Assembly (NCBI GenBank): GCA_030141605.1
Contig: JAQGDQ010000564.1
Location: forward strand, 1-64,000
DNA length: 64,000 bases
Reading direction: 5' to 3'
Source: Tubiluchus corallicola
Lineage: Eukaryota; Animalia; Priapulida
A program made the translations under genes and the position numbers. This document shows, piece by piece, positions 1-55,990 of the stretch. Every line of letters begins with the position of its first letter. Position 1 is the first letter of the stretch. Under the pieces are notes generated by a model. The model searched no databases. It was not told the DNA's origin and worked only from the letters and a program-made list of their open reading frames with translations.

Positions 1-556
1 AACAATACTGTTTTTAATTTGAAAACATTTTAAGCTGTATGCCAAAGTTTTGATGCAGACTGTACAGCAGACCATTGTTCTCCAGATTAAAGGAAAACAA
101 TACTGTTTTTAATTAGAAAACATTTTCAGCTGTAAGCGAAAGTTTTGATGCAGACTGAACAGCAAACCATTGTTCTTCAGATTAAAGGAAAACAATACTG
201 TTTTTAATTAGAAAACATTTTCAGCTGTATGCCAAAGTTTTGATGCAGACTGTACAGCAGACCATTGTTCTCCAGATTAAAGGAAAACAATACTGTTTTT
301 AATTTGAAAACATTTTAAGCTGTATGCCAAAGTTTTGATGCAGACTGTACAGCAGACCATTGTTCTCCAGATTAAAGGAAAACAATACTGTTTTTAATTT
401 GAAAACATTTTCAGCTGTATGCCAAAGTTTTGATGCAGACTGTACAGCAGACTATTGTTCTCCAGATTAAAGGAAAACAATACTGTTTTTAATTTGAAAA
501 CATTTTCAGCTGTATGCCAAAGTTTTGATGCAGACTGTACAGCAGAATATTGTTCC
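1..556. repeat. 95-bp tandem array (~6 units, runs off the window)
   Basis: AACAATACTG recurs with period 95. Confidence 0.95.
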
Positions 557-607
557 TAAGATATTCAAGATCATAAACACTTGATACGCTGTGATCTGAA
601 AACGTAC

Positions 608-42047
<41,440 letters not shown>

Positions 42048-42127
42048 TGTTGCCGTTGCCGTTTATGTTGCCTAGAATAAAAGTATCAATCGTTATAATA
42101 TGCAGCATTTAAGCATTGTTTCTACAC

Positions 42128-42832
42128 AATTACCATTGTCATGAGCATCGATATCTTTACAGTTGTCATGAGCATCGATATCTTTATCATAGTCATGAGC
42201 ATCGATATCTTTACCATTGTCATGAACATCAATATCTTAACCATTGTCATGAGCATCGATATCTTTACCAATGTCATGAGCATCGATATCTTTACCATTG
42301 TCATGAGCATCATATCTTTACCATTGTCTGAGCATCGATATCTTTACCATTGTCTTGAGCATCGATATCTTTACCATTGTCATGAGCATCGATATCTTTA
42401 CCAATGTCATGAGCATCGATATCTTTACCATTGTCATGAGCATCGATATCTTTACCATTGTCTTGAGCATCGATATCTTTACCATTGTCATGAGCATCGA
42501 TATCTTTACCATTGTCATGAGCATCGATATCTTTACCAATGTCATGAGCATCGATATCTTTACCATTGTCATGAGCATCAATATCTTTACCATTGTCATG
42601 AGCATCGATATCTTTACCATTGTCTTGAGCATCGATATCTTTACCATTGTCATGAGCATCGATATCTTTACCAATGTCATGAGCATCGATATCTTTACCA
42701 TTGTCATGAGCATCGATATCTTTACCATTGTCGTGAGCATCGATATCTTTACCATTGTCTTGAGCATCGATATCTTTACCATTGTCATGAGCACCGATAT
42801 CTTTACAATTGTCATGAGCATTGATATCTTTA
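42128..42832. repeat. 27-bp minisatellite (~26 units)
   Basis: ACCATTGTCATGAGCATCGATATCTTT. Confidence 0.97.
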
Positions 42833-42833
42833 A

Positions 42834-43354
42834 AGGAAAGGACAAGTCACTTAGCGTGTTGAATTTACTTTAGTGTTATCACTTAAACTTAGAAAAATAT
42901 CACAAAGAAATTTTGAAAAAACTGTCTATACAGCATAAAGTTAATTTATGCTGTCACTGTATGGAAATTTTCAGGTGTGATGGTAGCCGCCATTCACTTG
43001 AAGGTCATGCAAGACGTAGTTGGTGGACTGCGTGAATCCTGGCTTTCCGTGAACATTTGCTGCTTAAACTAATTCAAACGTATGGTATTTTTCATGTAAA
43101 ATTGTCACACAATTGGCAGCAACCTGCTGTAGGAATTTTTTTGTAAAAACTTATACTTTTGACGGAAACTGGCAGTGCGCTGCTATTGTTTAGCCAATGA
43201 ATGACGTCATTGGAGGAAGAGTAAGCGTTGAAAATGGAAACCCCCAAGTGTGAAACGATTGCCGCTTTAAAGTGATTCTACCTATGTACACGAGGCGCTT
43301 ATCACAATTTTAGTACTAAATCCTTCTAGGAACATTTTGCGGTTAGCTTTTCCT
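42834..43354 (+). mobile_element. TTAA-flanked Kolobok-like MITE family K2
   Basis: TTAA|AGGAAAG ... TTTTCCT|TTAA; homologous to the copies at 28318 and 52934. Confidence 0.75.
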
Positions 43355-44211
43355 TTAACATGCGTTCATATCATTAGCATAATTAGAAACACATGTGCTG
43401 TATGAAGGTATGCGCTCGTTTATGACACGTTATAAGCCTCTTAAGCAGTTGAATCAACAAAGAGATAAGATTCCGGTCTAGCAGAGTTATGTAAGCAATG
43501 GCTAATTCTCAAGTCAAACAAAACTCTCCAGTGTCTGAGCCCTTCGGACCACAACAGATCTGCGTTGCTTTGCCAGAACGAATGAACGACTCCGACCGTT
43601 ACACCTCACACCGCGAAGGCGATCATGCGACCCCTGGGAGACTAACAACACAACTGCTGGGTTGTTTTAATTCAAGAAGTCTGAACAAACAATCAAACTG
43701 ACGACTCCCCCAGAGACAGTCTCAGCTGAAGAAATCAACCTAGTCGCAAAGAGTTAAGATTTAGAAAGAGGATGGGCGTTTGGGCGAGGCAATAAAAAAC
43801 AGGGCGGGTAGTTCTTGCAAATAGTGATGTGCGTAATCAGTAACTACCCATTTTTGACTCATACTTCACTGACCACACTACAATTTCTCCAATGAAAATT
43901 TTGACAAGTCAAAAAACAGAAACTTTGTATTGATAGGAGAGTTTCCGGGTAAAGCGGCGTTTACTGGACATCCGTAATGCGTTACTGCGCAAAAATCACT
44001 TAATACTGTTTTCAAAGATTTCGTTTATATTAGACCTGCGTAAGTTTTTCTGCAGCTATTTCATACTGATTTTTTCCTACGCCAGTATTCCGCAGGTGTA
44101 TAACGCATTCCGGATATCTGGTAAACGCGTTTACGTAGCATTCGGTTGCGTAAGCGTTTTCACCTGCGGAAAAGCTGCAGAAAAAATCAATAGGAATAGC
44201 TACAGAATAAA

Positions 44212-44893
44212 AATACATACGCATACGCATGCGCACGCTGCGTAAATGCCACTTCACACCTGTTTACAAGGTCCATGCAGAGGAATTTCAACGCGCGCAC
44301 TGCATAAACGAGTGCACTGAAAACAGTATAAATCGATTTGATCTATTCCGCACTCCGCACGCCAAATGCATACGCACACGCACGCTACGTAAATGGCACT
44401 TCATACCTGTTTACAAGGTCCATGCAGAGGAATCTTCAACGCGCACACTGTATAAACGAGCGCGCTGAAAACAGTATAACCAATTTGATCCATTCCGCAC
44501 TCCGCACCCCAAACGCATACGCATACGCACGCTACGTAAATGCCACTTCATACCTGTTTACAAGGTCCATGCAGAGGAATCTTCAACGCGCACACTGTAT
44601 AAACGAGTGCACTGAAAACAATATGAACCGATTTGATCTATTCTGCACTCCGCACCCCAAACGCATACGCATACGCACGCTACGTAAATGCCACTTCACA
44701 CCTGTTTACTAGGTCTATGCAGAGGAAACTTCAACGCGCACATTGCATAAACGAGCGCACTGAAAACAATATAAACCAATTTGATCTATTCCGCACTCCG
44801 CACCACAAACGCATACGCATGCGCACGCTACGTAAATACAACTTCACACCTTTTTACAAGGTCCATGCAGAGGAATCTTCAACGCGCACACTA
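44212..44893. repeat. ~150-bp tandem array (~4.5 units)
   Basis: TTTACAAGGTCCATGCAGAGGAA recurring. Confidence 0.9.
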
Positions 44894-45189
44894 TTTCGTT
44901 CATTACTTTCGATAATTGACAGCCTGACGTCATCAAAGATAATTACAATATTCTGCTACTGCTGGGTTACCACAATTTTCGCCAAAACCTAAACCTACAA
45001 CGAAACTACTGTACCTGCTAAATAAGCACATTCTGAAATAAATTAAGGTTGTCACAGGTGTAACATTACTGTAATCAACTCAATACTAAATTGTTAATCA
45101 GCGCCCCCGGTATGTAATTTTACCTGGATTCATAACAATTATTCTCTCAATCAAGTGAATGAAGGGTTATACCAATGTCGTTTGTCAAA

Positions 45190-46085
45190 CACGTGTTGCC
45201 AGGTGTAAAATGTAGGTGAAACGAATTGAAAAATATTTTGAGAAGTTCTTAGAGTGGCTGAATTTAATTTACTTTTTTTATTTCTCGCATCATCGCTTTT
45301 AAGATGTTAACAAAAATCATCTTCCCTTTCAGAAGATAATGAAATCATAGAAAATTTATTGCCAAGCTATTTATGTGCTGAGTTTTGATAACTGCCTGTG
45401 GTGTGACAGTCGAATCTATTACATCAGATCTATCAAAGGATGCGGATTATTAAATCCACCACCTCGTTTTACTCATTAATGACGTGTAGTCAGGTGTAAA
45501 AAGTAGGTAAGAAGTAAAACAAAGCTTAAAAAATGTATTTCAAACGAAACTAAAAACTGTTTGACTGCCTAAATTTAATTTACTTCTGTTTTATTTCGCG
45601 CATCATCGCTTTTAAGATGTGCGGCGAACAAAAATTATCTTCCCTTTTCAGAATATTGATGATGAAGAATTTAACAAACAAATTATTGGAGCGCTATTTA
45701 TACGATGCGTTTTGATAACTGCTTGTGGTGTGACAGCAGAATCTATTACATCAAAGGACATTGAATGCGTGAAACTATTAGATCTCACACGCCGTTTTAC
45801 TCGCTAAAAACGTGTAGCCAACTGTAAAAAGAGACAGATTTGATTTTTAAAAAAACGTTTTAAGCAAAACTGTAAAAGTTGTTACAATGATTGAGTTTAA
45901 TTTAATTTTGTTTTTTCCCGCATCATCACTTTTAAGATGTTTGACGAACAAAAACTGCGTTTATATAGAACAAGAAACATAGACAATTTATTATTACGCC
46001 ATTTGTAAAGTCCATCTTCATAACTGCTTGTGGTGTGACAGCAGATACCTACCAGTACGTCAAATGCCTCAAAGGATATTGGGCG
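45190..46085. repeat. Old diverged ~315-bp triplication
   Basis: CGCATCATCGCTTTTAAGATG and ATAACTGC.TGTGGTGTGACAG each recur three times. Confidence 0.7.
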
Positions 46086-46164
46086 AATAAAAACATTAAA
46101 CTCCCACATCAAATTTAGCATTAACAATAAATATAACCAACAATATAAACAAGCCTATGAGTGT

Positions 46165-46680
46165 AAATAAACACGATTTTTATACAAACAAGTAAAATAA
46201 ATAAAGTTTACAAAAATACACTTAATGGAAGACAGGATGACAAGTTTTTCATATACTATCCCATTTTCAAGTCCAAAAGTATACATTTTATCCATAATTA
46301 ATACTGCAAAAGCGTTTCTGATAATGAAATAATAGATTAAAATCTTAATTAACATCGGGCGAGCCCAACTATTGATGACATCACAAACTAACGTAATTTT
46401 CAACAGCAAAAACATTCCATGAACGTGTTGCACGTTTTTGTGAAAGTGAAAATCGAGGTACAGTGTTACTGTAAGGTATTCAGTGTGTTGTACTAAAACT
46501 AGGCAAGTTTTAAGATAAAAATTCAAATTTAAAATTGACCACTGTACTCACTATCATGAGCTGTCAAACGTGTGTAGTTCGTCACAAACTAACACGTCTG
46601 AACTGAGACGTACAGCACCTGTTTTTGTGTATTGCAATGCAGTGCGTTTCCGAAATGCAGGCGCTAGTACCCGTCTAACG
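46165..46680 (+). mobile_element. Helitron-like 3' part, second copy
   Basis: Reverse complement of 35068-35560. Confidence 0.55.
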
Positions 46681-47619
46681 ATCAGTGCGTGAGTTTAAAT
46701 TTACAAGTTTCATACATCGTTACTACCGATGCAAGCCCTGCATGCAAACACGCAGGATGTAAGTGGCATGAAATTTCAATGCGAATTTCCAAGCTTTATG
46801 TAAGAAGAGGGGTTTTCTTGTGTTTCAAGCGACGTCAACCGTGGTCAGATCCTGCTATCGCTACAAGCATCTACATTTGACCACTGGACAGTATAACAAT
46901 AGCCACACAATTTGGTATTCACCAGCGTAGATAAAAGTGTTTTTGTTTTCTTTGCAATTTATCACGCACAAACGTGCAAAAATAAACATTTCTCTTCTGA
47001 AATTTGTTGCTTGACCAATGACCAGTAGTGAAAATGCACTCACTTCTCTACTGTACCCCAGCGTCCAGTCTATCTCAGACAACCACAACAAGCCACCACC
47101 ACAAACAAACACGATCATTAAATTTCCTGAATGCAGACAGAGAGATTTGTTATTGATTACACACACACATGCAAACACAAGTCAGACAAACGGGCGTTAA
47201 TGGGGCATCCCCGTCAGGCCTCATAAACATCCCCGTCAGGCCTCATAAAGCATGAAAAAACTCATTTTTCAAATGACAGCAGTTGACAAGAACGTAAGTA
47301 TTGATCAACGTGACCCAGATTTGTGCAGCGCAGCCAAGCGGGATAATGCGTAATTAATTAAAGCCCAGGCCTCGCATTAATTCATCTAAAGTTATCATTA
47401 CGTTAATGTGGTTAAAAATAGAACATTGTACAGCGTCGTTGTTCTCGTGGTTGCTGTAAAGATCGGTAAGCGGGGAATTCAACAAACAGCAAAGGAAAGG
47501 ACAGGCCACTTAGTATGTACTTTGTATTGTAGTTTTGTAGTTTTACATATTTTAGAGCATTCTTTATTCTGAACGAATGTTTACACAATCGTCCGTGTTT
47601 TGCTTTAAGAAACCAACGA

Positions 47620-48168
47620 TTGTTGTTGTTGGCATCCTTCTGTCTCGGAAGACAATGGAGTGTGCGCCAAGAGAGTCAGTTATTGATCACATTGATGGAG
47701 CTGCAGCGTCGACTGTGCCTGAGCAGTGTGATCCTTGAAGTTCTCCAGGGCGCACGCCTGGGCAAGGTGTATGGAGATCCTGAGTTGCCCAGACTGCAGG
47801 AACCCCTCTCTTCCTCTCTGGTGTAGTCCAAAGGAAAGCGGAGCGATACGTTTGGCACCAGGTCGGCTGCAGGAGCTGCCGGAGTCAGTGAGCATGCTGC
47901 ACTGGTCCGCCTTCGGGGCTCCACTCCTGATTTGGAAGGTTTACTCTTCTACACATGGCCGTTGGGTCACTTGACCTCCTCCGCCCTCTAGCCGTTGGCT
48001 GCTTGTGCAGCTCCTCCGCCTAATGTCGAGATGAGTGTGGGCATCCCACAAGCCTACAGCACCTGGTATTCCTAGGTGGTCACCCATCCAAGCACAACCT
48101 GACTCTACGTTGTTTTACTTCGGTGATCAGACGAGAACCGGTGTTTTCAACGTGATATGGCCGTAGCC
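47620..48168 (-). mobile_element. 5S-rRNA-headed SINE, copy 2, with (CAA)n tail
   Basis: Reverse-complement homologue of 20793-21325; 5S head at ~48050-48168; ends GAAGGATGC(CAA)n. Confidence 0.85.
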
Positions 48169-50504
48169 ATGTTCTAAATATTCTATTATAAAATCACTGA
48201 GTTTGATGGCACTGATGTATAATTTACAATAAATTTGCAAATCCCAATCATTGTTGTTCTTAAACTGTACGCTGAGTTTCAAACGCAAGAGTACTTTAAA
48301 ACTTCTATTATTTTCTCATTTATTATCATATATGTAGAAGATGGCTTATCATAAGCATAGCATATCGACAATACCACAAATTCCATATTCCTAAGTGCAG
48401 AACAAACGCTATGAAACATTCTGTCATGTATAATGATGCTGTAATGTGCAATTAAAATGTGCAAAACTTGTGATAAGCAAACCGTTGTGAATGGTGCACA
48501 TCTCGATTAAACTGCATGTATACATTAACCCATGAATCATTATAATATACGTTCTTACAGTACGAAAGAAATAGCATAGTTTTAACATCTTTTGAACAAG
48601 AGTTGATTTAAGTTAATAACATATTAGATCTACCGATTAGCAAACGGTTCTGATGATTTGTGTCTAAATCATTAGAAAGATCATTAGATTAGAAGATCAT
48701 TACAATAAGTCATGTATTGCACATTACACATTTACAATAGTTTCACGTACAATATATAATGAAAGGGCCTACAAAGAACATAATACAAATAAGTTTTTAT
48801 TGTTTCTGCACAAGAAAAGCCTCAAACACTGTTCACCTATATGCAAATGTAAATGTGTTGAGAGCAATCAAAAAGCAGGGCTTGTTAGATTTTGCCGCAC
48901 TGTGAAAGAAAAAAAGTTATGGAAATAATCTGAAAATTTAAAGTGAATCGTGTGATAAAAAAAACATTAGTGTTTAAGATGGAATGATGTAATGAATGAA
49001 GCTCATATATGAAATGATGTAAAAGATAGAAAGATTATTATTTGTTACAAGACTATAATTCACCAATTGGTTCCTACTTTCTTGCTAAAGGAATAGTTCC
49101 CAATGGAAACGTTGTCACTGTTTCCGACTTAACCCTGGTATGAACGCGCCTTTAGCTCTGTTATTGTGCGTTACGGAAGTGTGTGTTGCCGTTCATAATA
49201 GGATTACACGCCTAGCCAAGGGTTCTGTACATCTGAGATGGCATTTATAATTACCAGCCAGGCTTGAGTAAACTAACAATGTAATGCATACCACAGAATT
49301 AAACACAGGTCGGTACACCCGCGATTTGAGTTGTCAGTCTCTGTAGAGTTGCAATAACAAATAATGAGACACCCCCGCGCTAGAAGATACGAAAACACAG
49401 ACGGATGTCTGGTGTGAACGTTTTACGGCTAAGCTTTATGGCAAAATTAAAGCGTTCACATGCATAGATGATTTGGACACGTTTGTTTAAATGTAGCTAA
49501 ATTTAGTTCGTTCACATGTCACAAAATGACAACGAGTTTGCATCACACGCCAGTACCCGTGATACGTGGTGTAGTGTGAACGTAGCACTAGAAAAAAAAG
49601 ATTAGAAATCTTGTACAACAGCGAACAACACAAATTCTGTTTTAATTGATGTGAAAAGCCGAGACGCAAGCCCATTAATTAGTAACGTTCTACTTCTGGC
49701 ACTGACTAGAAGGGTACGAAACTGTGTGAACGCGACTTTATGTTCAAAACACAAGCGCGTCAGTCGGTTTTTGGCAATAATGTAAATGCTAGTTCACAAT
49801 CACAGAATTTGCCTGTAATGTTCACGTTTTGAGAACTTTTGTATACACACAAGCACTACGATCGTATACAATTTGAGAGGCATACAACCAGAGATTGTAA
49901 TATCCACACAAACAGTACGGTAGCTTACAATTTGAGATACATACAACCAGAGATTGTAGTGGACAAACAATACACTAGCTTACATTTAGATTGTAATATC
50001 CGCTAAACTTAAACGCTACAGACACGACGAAGTTTAATACGAATCTTATTCAGATAATAATCACGATTTCTTTCAAAAACTACAAATGTAATGATAAAAT
50101 ACGCTTGTTAACAGCAAATAATGAAATTTCTTACACACGCTCTTACTCTGCTCACTTTAATGAACCAATCTCAGCACTCATCTCAACTACTATCACTTCT
50201 CACTCGTCGGTTTGCATGCATAAATTGTGTAAATGACTTACATCGATATTGGATCACGCATCGCAGAGCCTGGGACGTGATTCATCTGAGATTACAATAG
50301 AAATTCCGCGCCGTTTTCATATCTCACGAGCTATCTCAACCGACGCAGAGTCCAGAACAAACACCCTCCCACCCACATGTTAGACTTCATTCATATCATA
50401 GCAGATAGAATTCACTCTTTCATGAGTGGGCTTTCTGACAACGGTTGAATTGGCTCTTGCTCATAATGGCTGATAGATGGTAGTGAAATGGAATTTAGTT
50501 CTAT

Positions 50505-50797
50505 AATATGCGATGCCTTTACGTACAGTAGTTGAAAGATTTCAGTGTTTTCACGGTGTAACTGAGAAACATGTTAATGTTCCAAGTTCTAAGATCTATA
50601 GTTCAAATCCAGACAGGTGCAAAATTTGTCTACATTTTTCTTTCGGCCATAATGTGCGATGCTTGTACGTATAGTAGTTGAACGATTTCAGTGTTTTCAC
50701 GGTGTAGCTGACAAAGCTGTTAATCTTTCAAGTTCTAAGATCTATAGTTCAAATCCAGACAGGTGCAAAATTTGTCTACATTTTTCTTTCGGCCATA
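50505..50797. repeat. ~146-bp tandem duplication
   Basis: AAGTTCTAAGATCTATAGTTCAAATCCAGACAGG twice. Confidence 0.85.
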
Positions 50798-50842
50798 ACT
50801 TAATAATTATTGTTTCACGAGTAGCAGTAATTGACTCTCTTA

Positions 50843-50844
<2 letters not shown>

Positions 50845-50879
<35 letters not shown>

Positions 50880-51100
50880 CGTGCGTGCGTGTTTGTGAGT
50901 GTGTGTGAGTGAGTGTGTGTGTGTGTGTGCGCGTGTGTGTGTGCGTGTGTATGTGCGTGTGTACGTGCGCGTGTACGTGTCTGTGTGTTTGTACGTGTCT
51001 GTGTGCGTGTCTACGTGTCTGTGTGCGTGCGCGTGTCTGTGTGCGTGCGCGTGTATGTGTGCGTGCGCATGTATGTGTGTGCGTGTGTGTGTGTGCGTGT
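50845..51100. repeat. (TG)n/(CG) alternating purine-pyrimidine tract
   Basis: Direct reading. Confidence 0.95.
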
Positions 51101-51899
51101 CCACCTTATCGAAATCAGAAAAAAGTTGTATTTTAAAAATATTCCCTCCTTTTGCAGAAATGCCTGTAAGTGAAACTGTTTATGTTTATTAATGGATTAA
51201 ATGATATTGAGATGAGAACCTTGGTGATAAATTTTATATACGACATCGGTAAGAAAAGGGAAAAGAAACTTTAATTTTAACTTGCAGCCTACAAAAAGAA
51301 TTCTTACTTTTGTTGTTTCTTATGTGTTATCATTGTGTTTTTATTGTTATTGTGCTTGTGTTATTTTTGTGATTTGTTAGTATTGTGCTTTAGCTATTAT
51401 TGTGCTTTTGTTAATATTGTGCTTTTGCTATTATTGTGCTTTTGCTATTATTGAGCTTTTGTTAATACTGTTTTTTGGTATCATTGTGCTTGTTTTATTA
51501 TTATTGTGCTTTTGTTAATAGTGTTTTTTTCGCATTATCGTCCCAACTACGTTTGAGCTGTGTACAGAATCAATGCTTTTTTCTCTACATGTTGTACGCT
51601 CAATAAACAATATTATATAAAATGCAAGTTTGTGTAGTGATAGAATTTCTAGTGTCGACAACCAGACCGTGCCTCTATGCCCCCAGTGTTGAGTTTGTCA
51701 TTCTAATATTTGCCTACTACCTGTATCACCGGTAGACCGTGGCGGAGTCGTGGCGACAACAAATAAACCGCCATCATAAAACTCCAGGCGCACACGTTTG
51801 AAAAATTTAAATGAGTTTAAATGACTTGGAGTTACAATCGCAGGCGGCCATTTCTTCATTTTGCTATACAACTGTACTGCAATTTGCAAAAAAAGTTAA

Positions 51900-52050
51900 A
51901 GGAAAACCGTTCGATTGTGTAAACATTAGTTCAAAAAAAAGTATGCTCAATAATATTGAAAACTGCAGTAGCTTTTGTTAAATCATAGTTTAAATTTAAT
52001 AATAATTATCTGGGATAGCTAAATTTTCTTAAACTTTCAAAGCTATGCGC
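51900..52050 (+). mobile_element. K1 5' fragment
   Basis: TTAA|AGGAAAACCG...TTGTGTAAACATTAGTTCAAAA. Confidence 0.6.
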
Positions 52051-52933
52051 AACTCAAACTAAAAAATAATTGTTTGCATTTAGAAGCTACTGTACTTGTA
52101 AATACAGCGCCCTCTTTGTAGAAGTTTTTATTATTACGTTTAATGATATTAAAGTGACTTTCAACAAATACAGTCATTTGCCTTATGATTGCAGTGCTTG
52201 GCAAATGTGTCAAACAATTTGAACATTGCATATTTTAACGTTTTAATAAGGAAAATAATATATTCTTTTATGGAAACTTTTTTAATAAGCAAAATAATAT
52301 TTTTCATGACAAGAGTCAAAAACTGTAACAACAACTCATACGTCATGCAATTTTAAAATGTGATGTTTTAATAATGTATAAATTTTATAATAGATGGAGG
52401 CACGTTCTCTTCAGTTTAAAATCACTAATCTTTATGTTTTAATGTGTGTAAATTTTAGGTAAATTATTTTACCTAATGTAAATGCTATGTTTGTATATAC
52501 ATGTATTATGTGTTCTATGAAATTTTAGTTCAAAGTAAAATTTTTACTTACTAACGCATGTTTTACATTAGCATAAACACTAACCTACGCAGCAGTTTGT
52601 AATGATGAATGACATTCTCTGTCAAGCCATTAGTTTTCGAAAGTAAAAACTTTGCCACACATAACTTGAAGCTAAGTGTTTTAACCTGCAGTGAGAACAG
52701 GCTGTTTGTTAACTGTGGGAATGCCTAAATTGAGCATTTGCATTTCAAGAACATTAATCATTTTTTACACTTTCTAGAAAGAGACACCAAGAGCAACGTG
52801 ACTCTCTTCCCCGGGGCGTAAGACCACCGCATGCTATAAAATCATTGTATGCAAATGCATGTAAGGCGTACATGCATTGAACTAAACAACACTAGCTGCT
52901 CTAACATCACAAGTTGCATTGGACAATATTTAA

Positions 52934-53436
52934 AGGAAAGGTCAACCCTTCTAGGAGGTTAAACTTATTTCAATGTTTGCAAAAAATGTTAGAAAGATGT
53001 AGTAATAAAACTGCAATAAGCGCCTCGTGTAATTAGTAAAGTCATTTTAAAGTCGCGATCACTTCATGCTTTGACGCTCCCATTTTCAATGTCCATTCTT
53101 CTTCCAATGACGTCATCCGCCTTTACATGTTATAGATGGCTAATTTTTTTGTATTTTCACGTGAACATTAGGTAAACTGCACAAGTTTAAATTAGTTTAA
53201 GCTCTGCACGCTTACGGAAAGACACGAAGTCTCCCAGTTACGTCACAATCTTCAAGTGAATGGCGGCAACCACCACGCCTGAAAATTTCTATTCTGAAGT
53301 AGTATATTTTAAATTTATGCTTTATAGGCCGTTTTTTGTAAATTTCCTTTCTTTTCTATCTTTCTTTTTCTCTTTTTCTAAGTTTAAGTGATAAGAGTAA
53401 AATAAATCCATCATACTGAGTGAGTTGTTCTTTCCT
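52934..53436 (-). mobile_element. Kolobok-like MITE K2
   Basis: TTAA TSDs; reverse complement of the 42834 copy. Confidence 0.75.
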
Positions 53437-55586
53437 TTAAGGTGACCTGTGACTCTGTATGAAAACTGGCTAGCAAGAAGATAAAAGAACAAAACATTCA
53501 TGTTTTACTGGTGACATGTGAACAGGAATTAGCAAACAGCAAAGAGAATATCCAATTAGTAAGAGCTTTTCTGATAAGGAATGTAACACAGTCAAGATAG
53601 TGAATGACCATTGGCCACTTTGTTACACTACAGGTAGTGACCACTTTGTGTACAGTGTACACAACAAACAAAAGCAGAGGATCTCAACCCAAAGCTCTCA
53701 AAGATTATCAGCTACTTCAGATACAATAGGTTTTCTTAGAGGCCCAGGGTGCAGTGTCCACCAAACAGGGTGAGTTGTCATAAAATGATGTTTACACTAA
53801 ACCAAGTGGACACTGGACAATGTCCACTGTACAATCTGGATTGTCATAAAGCCACGTTTACACTAGACAAAGTGCAACAATTTTGGGGACGGCTCTGACT
53901 GCCTGCTGTAGCTACCATCATACAAATGTACTTTTCTATTAAAAATGTGATTTAATGCATTTTTTAATTCGGATAATGTAACTTGATGCAGCGAACGCCC
54001 AAAACATCAAGAATATATGAATTTATGTATAATATATCCTGCCAGATGAAAAAAAAATTAGCATTTAAAATCAATAATCTGAATTTCAAAACGTTTCATA
54101 CGTGATCAGTAGCGTAAATCATATTATAAATATCTACTATATATATTTATATATATACATATAATATATATTATATATATTTATAAATATATTATAAATA
54201 TTATCTTATTGTAAATCATACCAGAATTGGCGATGAGTTTATCGAATGAGAACACTGCACCTTAGTTATGCCGTAAAATAGTACCGTCTTTTATCCTATG
54301 AATTTTATGGTCCAAACGTACTATCTGCCGATATTCAGCTAAGCAGAAAAATTAGTTCCAAAAATAATAGAGTTTTATAAAATCAGGACCAGACTTAAAT
54401 GTGCAACCTTGCTTTGCTTATTCTGAAGAATTCCCACGTTGCCTCTACAGTTCAGTCAGTTCTTCGTAACAGCTTGTAGAATTTAGGAATTAAACATAGA
54501 CTAAAATTAACATTAGTTACTGTCAGATAAAAAAATATCACCACAATCTTAACGGTCATTGGAAAAAAATCTAATTTAGTACATAGGATTAGGATGTGTG
54601 CATTACAAGATGTGCAATCATGTTGCAATAACACGAAGGGTTGTTGAGCAACTGAATATTTTAATCCACTTAAAATAAATAAAGTTTTTATACATAGTTT
54701 CGGGTTATATGGATTTGTGAGCAATATAGATAAATGACGTTATCAGTTTGCAAATAGTTTACAAAACTTTTTATTTTCAAACCAGAGATACACAGTAACT
54801 ACCACATGCCAATCCTGAATGTATTTTAAAATTTAAAGTTTTTGTTACATTATTGTACAGCAGTGCTCATTTTTGAATACATAAGCAGCATTAATACGCC
54901 CTTCAAAAGTAACCCCAGTTAGCAAAAACCTATATCAGACAACAGAACATTTAATTTAAAAGAAATCAGAACAAATAAAAAATTTGAATAGCTATAATGA
55001 GAGCTCTGCCACATGAAATCAAGTGCATCACACACTATTAACTCACATTAAAAATCAAACACAGAGCACCCAGATTTGGATCCGCCTCACCATTACTACG
55101 AGTTACATGCTAATGCTGAATGTTTTCAACAGAAAGTATTAATTTACTTTGAAATTAGGGCAGTTATTTTGTAAGTTTCAATAGATGTACACGCAGTTTT
55201 TGGTTTAAATTTATATCATTTTACGTTTGCTGCACATACAGCTTAGAGTTTTTATATTGATGCCTATATCTCCAACAGTGTATGTTTTACACAAACTTAT
55301 ACTGATTCATTTCACTAGTGTTTTTTGTGATTTTCAATATCGATGTGAAAAATAAAAATATTTCTTAAGCTAGCTACTATATACTCACAACACGCTGTTT
55401 ACAATGAATAAAATGAAGTGACTTATCTTACCTGAGGGACGTACCTGACCTGATTAAACCGATTAATTCAGAAAGAAACTTCAAAATTATAAGGACAAGG
55501 ACTTCTGCCTATAGATCAGACTATCTAAAAACCTAAATAGTGTTCAACAAACATAGCTGTGAATACCTAAGTGAATAGCAACTTAC

Positions 55587-55990
55587 CCAAAATAAGAAAT
55601 ACGTCGCTTCGCTCAGACAATATCCCGGTCAGCACAGTAAATACTACTTGAGCAGGCAACAAACTTTAACGAAACTAAACGAAATCAAAATCACAATGCA
55701 GCTACGTACCACGCCACAGTAAAGTCAACATTTGCAAAATTAAAAATCCGTTGCTAAATCGACATTATGAACACGTAACAAATAACGAACAAAACAGCTT
55801 CTTCGACAACCGGCTCGTACTAACACACAACCGTTTTATGTTTGCCTCCACTTAGCTGCATGTCATGCGTCAAGCGCAACGTGGACACAAAGCGGAAACT
55901 TTTCTGAGCTGCTCACCAAGCAACGCTAAAGCTCACGGCGCATGTTTGAGCATTCTACAGTTCCCTGTGCGTGTGACGACTAGGTTATTG
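55587..55990 (-). promoter_or_regulatory. Candidate non-coding first exon and promoter of the spectrin gene
   Basis: Coding exon 1 has an acceptor, so an upstream UTR exon is likely. Perfect donor GG|GTAAGT at 55581-55586 (a second donor CAG|GTAAG lies near 55430), Inr-like TTAGT near 55820, and a locally CpG-richer stretch upstream. Confidence 0.35.

Noticed and set aside
42116-42873. His/Cys-rich HCHEHRYLY repeat ORFs resembling a metal-binding protein
   Set aside because: 27-bp minisatellite open in several frames on both strands, with frameshifts, inside an intron.
43498-43815. LLGCFNSRSLNK resembling the start of a LINE endonuclease
   Set aside because: No convincing downstream ETW/GGGV motifs; evidence too weak.
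53740-53769. 30-nt plus-strand micro-exon with good splice sites
   Set aside because: No recognisable peptide or partner exons; lies in locally repetitive sequence.
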